DNA from: an uncultured Planctomycetaceae bacterium | GTDB lineage: Bacteria > Planctomycetota > Planctomycetia > Isosphaerales > Isosphaeraceae | Reading direction: 5' to 3' | NCBI GenBank assembly: GCA_963833985.1 | Contig: CAWIAD010000002.1 | Span: forward strand, 3,616,001 to 3,680,000 | Length of the DNA: 64,000 nt | Part shown: positions 60,970-64,000 of the stretch, one piece after another | Position numbering within the stretch: the first letter of the stretch is position 1 | How the letters are laid out: each line of letters starts with the position of its first letter | Program-made: the position numbers and the translations under genes | Notes under the pieces: model-generated | Seen by the model: the letters and a program-made list of their open reading frames with translations, nothing else | Told to the model about the DNA's origin: nothing | Database searches by the model: none

Positions 60970-61410
60970 ATGATCACGAGATGCGAGCGGCGCGGACAAG
61001 TTGAGATAGGGATCGTTGACCATGAGGGACGGTCCTACGCCGCCTTCGGTTCATCCGTCAACGATCACAACGTAACGGGTTACACCCGGAACCGCAACGG
61101 GTGCATCAGCCTGACTCGCTGGGAGGGCAGCACAATGCTTGCCAGCCGGTCGAATATCGTACGTGAGTATCACGACGGCTCCATCGCCATCATGTTCCGC
61201 CTGACCAACCTCCGGTTCCTCGTCGGCTACGCCCTGGGCGACGACGGCATGTTGTTCAGGGGTGAACTCCTGACCGATTGCGACGGGGAGCGTGCCCGCC
61301 ACGAGTCGGCTGCCCTGGCTCAGTACTGGTCCGAGATCGATGCCGAGGATGAATCTGACCCCTGGCACGGGGAGCCCGACGAGACTGATGGCGATTACCT
61401 GGACAGATAG
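60970..61410 (+). CDS. Hypothetical protein with acidic tail
   Basis: GGGAGG RBS, 55 nt after a motif copy. Confidence 0.75.
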   Translation: MITRCERRGQVEIGIVDHEGRSYAAFGSSVNDHNVTGYTRNRNGCISLTRWEGSTMLASRSNIVREYHDGSIAIMFRLTNLRFLVGYALGDDGMLFRGELLTDCDGERARHESAALAQYWSEIDAEDESDPWHGEPDETDGDYLDR

Positions 61411-61501
61411 CAGTTCACGGGTGGGGCGGTAGTAGTGCCGTCTCACTCGACACCGCCGATGGCGGCATCAACTACTACTTGTCTTAAACGGGAGCGACTT
61501 C

Positions 61502-61810
61502 ATGAGCGTGAATGAGACCAAGAAGCCCTTGTTCGACCTTGGACAGATCGTCGCGACTCCCGGAGCCTTGGACGCCCTGCGAGACGCCAGGCAGACACTC
61601 GCCGAGTTCTTGACCCGTCACGTGAGCGGCGACTGGGGCGACCTCGATCAAGAGGATAGCAACCTCAATGACGCCGCCGTGATCGACGGCAGCCGCATCC
61701 TGAGCGCCTATCAGACACGCAAAGGGGAGCGGATTTGGATCATCACCGAAGCGGCTGATGACCAGGGGCACCGCTCTTCAAGCACGCTGCTTTTACCTCG
61801 GGAGTATTGA
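61502..61810 (+). CDS. Conserved plasmid/ICE-associated small protein
   Basis: LGQIVATPGA, RHVSGDWGD, SRILSAY, IWIITE, TLLLPREY. Confidence 0.85.
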   Translation: MSVNETKKPLFDLGQIVATPGALDALRDARQTLAEFLTRHVSGDWGDLDQEDSNLNDAAVIDGSRILSAYQTRKGERIWIITEAADDQGHRSSSTLLLPREY

Positions 61811-61914
61811 ACTCATCCCATTCCATCCCTTCTCGCCGGGCTGACACCGGTGAGACGGGTGTGAGATCAATCCCAGCCGTACCCAAGCACCAAGAGGGAC
61901 GATCACACCTGCGG

Positions 61915-62382
61915 CTAAACAGGCTCAGTGGGGTTCCTCTTGCTCCACCGGTGGCAGATCCAGCCAGCAACCAAAGCCGGGATCAATTGGAGCATCGTCA
62001 AATAAGCCATAGCTATTCCAAACCTACAGATGTAATCAGCAGCAGACTGCTGAGAAGTAATGGCTCTCACCACTGGACCAAGGGTGCGGCTCAAGTGCTG
62101 GTCGAGGGAGATGGGAGCCTGGAAACAGACGGCAACATAAACCAGGAGACCAATCCAGCCAACGACCTCAATCCCCGCGAGAAAAGAGAGCGGCTTGTCC
62201 CTTCGTTTTCGCCGTCCAAACAAGACCAGCAGCCCGATGACCAGGACGATCTGAAACGGCAATCCGCCGAAGACAAGGGGATAGAGGACCAGATCAGGCA
62301 AGCCCCGGATCGCCAGACAATCCACGGCGACGATGGCGACGATCACCATGATCTCAGCGATCGAGATCCGAGGGGGTCTCAC
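61915..62382 (-). CDS. Planctomycete-type membrane protein, antisense to the array
   Basis: GTG 62382 with GGGAGG; RPPRISIAEIM N-terminus. Confidence 0.7.
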   Translation of the reverse strand: MRPPRISIAEIMVIVAIVAVDCLAIRGLPDLVLYPLVFGGLPFQIVLVIGLLVLFGRRKRRDKPLSFLAGIEVVGWIGLLVYVAVCFQAPISLDQHLSRTLGPVVRAITSQQSAADYICRFGIAMAYLTMLQLIPALVAGWICHRWSKRNPTEPV

Positions 62383-62512
62383 GGCAATCCCTCCCTTTCG
62401 TCCATCCGGCACGCTTTCGACCAACACATCGTAACCCGCACGGGCACCTCCTGCACCCGACACCGCCGAGACGAATGTGAAATCAACGCCCTCAAACGTG
62501 AAAGGAAGATGT

Positions 62513-62764
62513 ATGACCGACCCAACCGAGGACATCCGGCGTCAGATGCTCGCCGAGATCAACGCCGCCCCCGGCTCCAGGGAGTATCTGGAGCACAAGC
62601 ACGGTCAGGTCTGGGATACCCAGCAATTGTCTGATGACTTCGAGGTGCTGGGGTTCGCCGCCCCGCTCGTCGTCGTGAAAAGGAAGAGCGACGGGCAGAA
62701 GGGGAGCCTCTGCTTCCAGGGCTCTCCCCGGTTCTACTTCGGGTTTGAGGCGCACAAGCCGTGA
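62513..62764 (+). CDS. Small hypothetical protein
   Basis: WDTQQLSDDFEVLGFAAPLVVV..GSLCFQGSPRFYF. Confidence 0.8.
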   Translation: MTDPTEDIRRQMLAEINAAPGSREYLEHKHGQVWDTQQLSDDFEVLGFAAPLVVVKRKSDGQKGSLCFQGSPRFYFGFEAHKP

Positions 62765-62815
62765 CACCGCCGAAGGGGGCGTTGAGAACGACGCCCCTTT
62801 CCCGGAGGAAGACCG

Positions 62816-63037
62816 ATGGCAGTGGCACTCCTGACAACCAGCGCAGTCGAGTCGATCCTGCGTGACGCAGTGGACAAAGGCTGTTACGTGGAACACAGCA
62901 AGTCTGATGGGACAGCCAAAGCGTTCCACAGTGGTGACTTGGTGTTCCAGTCCATCCAGAAGGGTAAAGACGGACCCTGGATCTGCCGGTTCGTCAACAC
63001 GGAACATATCACCTGGACCAGCACGACCGAAGACTGA
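62816..63037 (+). CDS. Small hypothetical protein
   Basis: GGAGG RBS, 54 nt after a motif copy; stop lies inside the next copy. Confidence 0.7.
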   Translation: MAVALLTTSAVESILRDAVDKGCYVEHSKSDGTAKAFHSGDLVFQSIQKGKDGPWICRFVNTEHITWTSTTED

Positions 63038-63139
63038 CACCGACGACAAGGGCGGGAAGGGACGCCTGCCCCAATCAATTCCCAGAAGGGGTCGTCCACG
63101 CAATGTTTCGCGCCTATTGGCTCTCTCGGAGATCCTGAC

Positions 63140-63874
63140 ATGCCCGAAAACCCCTCCGATGACATGACTCACAATGCAAAGCCGAAATCATCCGAGGCTC
63201 AACTCGTCTCCAGGATTACCCGCCTGGTCAAGAAGGAGGGCTTGGACTACGAGGGCTGGCGGTATGTAAGCAAGAGGGTGCGGCGGCTCTGTGACCTGCG
63301 ACCCGAGAAGAAAGGGCGTCGGCTGCCCCGAATCTTGACCACCGAGGAGTTCAGGAGGTTCTATCAGATCGTGGACCGTGCCCAGGACGTTCAGCACTGC
63401 CTGATGCTCAGGCTCTTGTTCTTCACGGCAGTAAGGGTCAGTGAACTCTGCAACATCGGAGTTTCCGAAGTTGATATCGAGGCGTGCAAGATCAGGATCA
63501 ACCAGGGCAAGGGCTCCAAGGATCGCTACGTCCTCTTCGGCAAGTCCTTCGCCACGGCGCTGCGAACGCATATAGCAGCCCACCCGAACAACCGCTGGCT
63601 CTTCCAGACCCAAAGGCACGGCAAGTTCAGCACGAGGAGGGTGCAGCAGATCGTCTCCAAGTACGCCGAGGAGGCGGGAGTCAAAGCTACCCCTCACACC
63701 TTCCGGCACCAGGCGATTACCTGGTTGACTCGCCATTCAGGGCTTGCTGACGCTGAGCTTCAACTGATCACCGGTCATGCCCGCAGAGAGACCCTTGCTG
63801 TCTACCAGCACATGGCTCTCGATGGTGATTTGGAGGCAAAGTATCAGTCGTCCATGAAAGAGATCGAACTTTGA
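63140..63874 (+). CDS. Compact tyrosine recombinase/integrase
   Basis: R (AVRVSE), K (GKGSK), HxxR (PHTFRH), H (TGH), Y (AVYQH). Confidence 0.93.
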   Translation: MPENPSDDMTHNAKPKSSEAQLVSRITRLVKKEGLDYEGWRYVSKRVRRLCDLRPEKKGRRLPRILTTEEFRRFYQIVDRAQDVQHCLMLRLLFFTAVRVSELCNIGVSEVDIEACKIRINQGKGSKDRYVLFGKSFATALRTHIAAHPNNRWLFQTQRHGKFSTRRVQQIVSKYAEEAGVKATPHTFRHQAITWLTRHSGLADAELQLITGHARRETLAVYQHMALDGDLEAKYQSSMKEIEL

Positions 63875-64000
63875 CGATGTACAAAAGTGGGACGGCGAAA
63901 CGCTCGATCGGCTGACACCGCCTAGCGGGCTCCGGAGAACGACCCTCAGCACCCCTCACCGGGAAACTCAGCCGTGTATTTCCTGACCCTAACGCCAGAC

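Larger units (their letters stand above)
51190..63924. repeat. Dispersed intergenic element YGACACCGCCGA + hairpin (19 copies)
   Basis: Plus strand: 51530, 56321, 56529, 56830, 57497, 57688, 57794, 58086, 58546, 59486, 60915, 61448, 61842, 62458, 62762, 63035, 63913; minus strand: 51190-51201, 51289-51300. Confidence 0.92.

Noticed and set aside
51530..63924. CRISPR array or classical integron interpretation of the repeated motif
   Set aside because: Spacing is irregular and gene-sized, there are no cas genes, there are no RYYYAAC/GTTRRRY attC ends, and the recombinase shows no IntI-specific insertion.

Overview
This is a bacterial window of roughly 58-60% GC. Its protein families (DUF1559, Planctomycete-type membrane proteins, Gly-rich RRM proteins) suggest Planctomycetota, probably Isosphaeraceae-like; this is an inference. 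There are no rRNA, tRNA or CRISPR features and essentially no core genes, so it reads as accessory or mobile DNA. Layout: (1) 1-50.7 kb holds a patchwork of stand-alone cargo genes and gene scraps. It includes an HTH + primase/helicase gene followed by a 13-copy GTGACGAC iteron-type origin (12.0-15.65 kb), four RRM genes with conserved structured leaders, and two unrelated genes with an in-frame UGA followed by a SECIS-like hairpin (candidate selenoproteins). (2) 51.1-64 kb is an array of short co-oriented genes (ardC, ParB-like, ATPase, many small unknowns, compact tyrosine recombinase). Almost every gene is preceded, about 50-59 nt upstream, by the element YGACACCGCCGA plus a sequence-variable hairpin (19 copies), and one unit carries a 160-nt folded non-coding element instead of a gene. 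ardC is split by an IS701 element that itself carries an IS1634 element in its terminal inverted repeat. GGCC is almost absent outside the two IS elements. All family assignments come from motif recognition by eye; no database searches were run.
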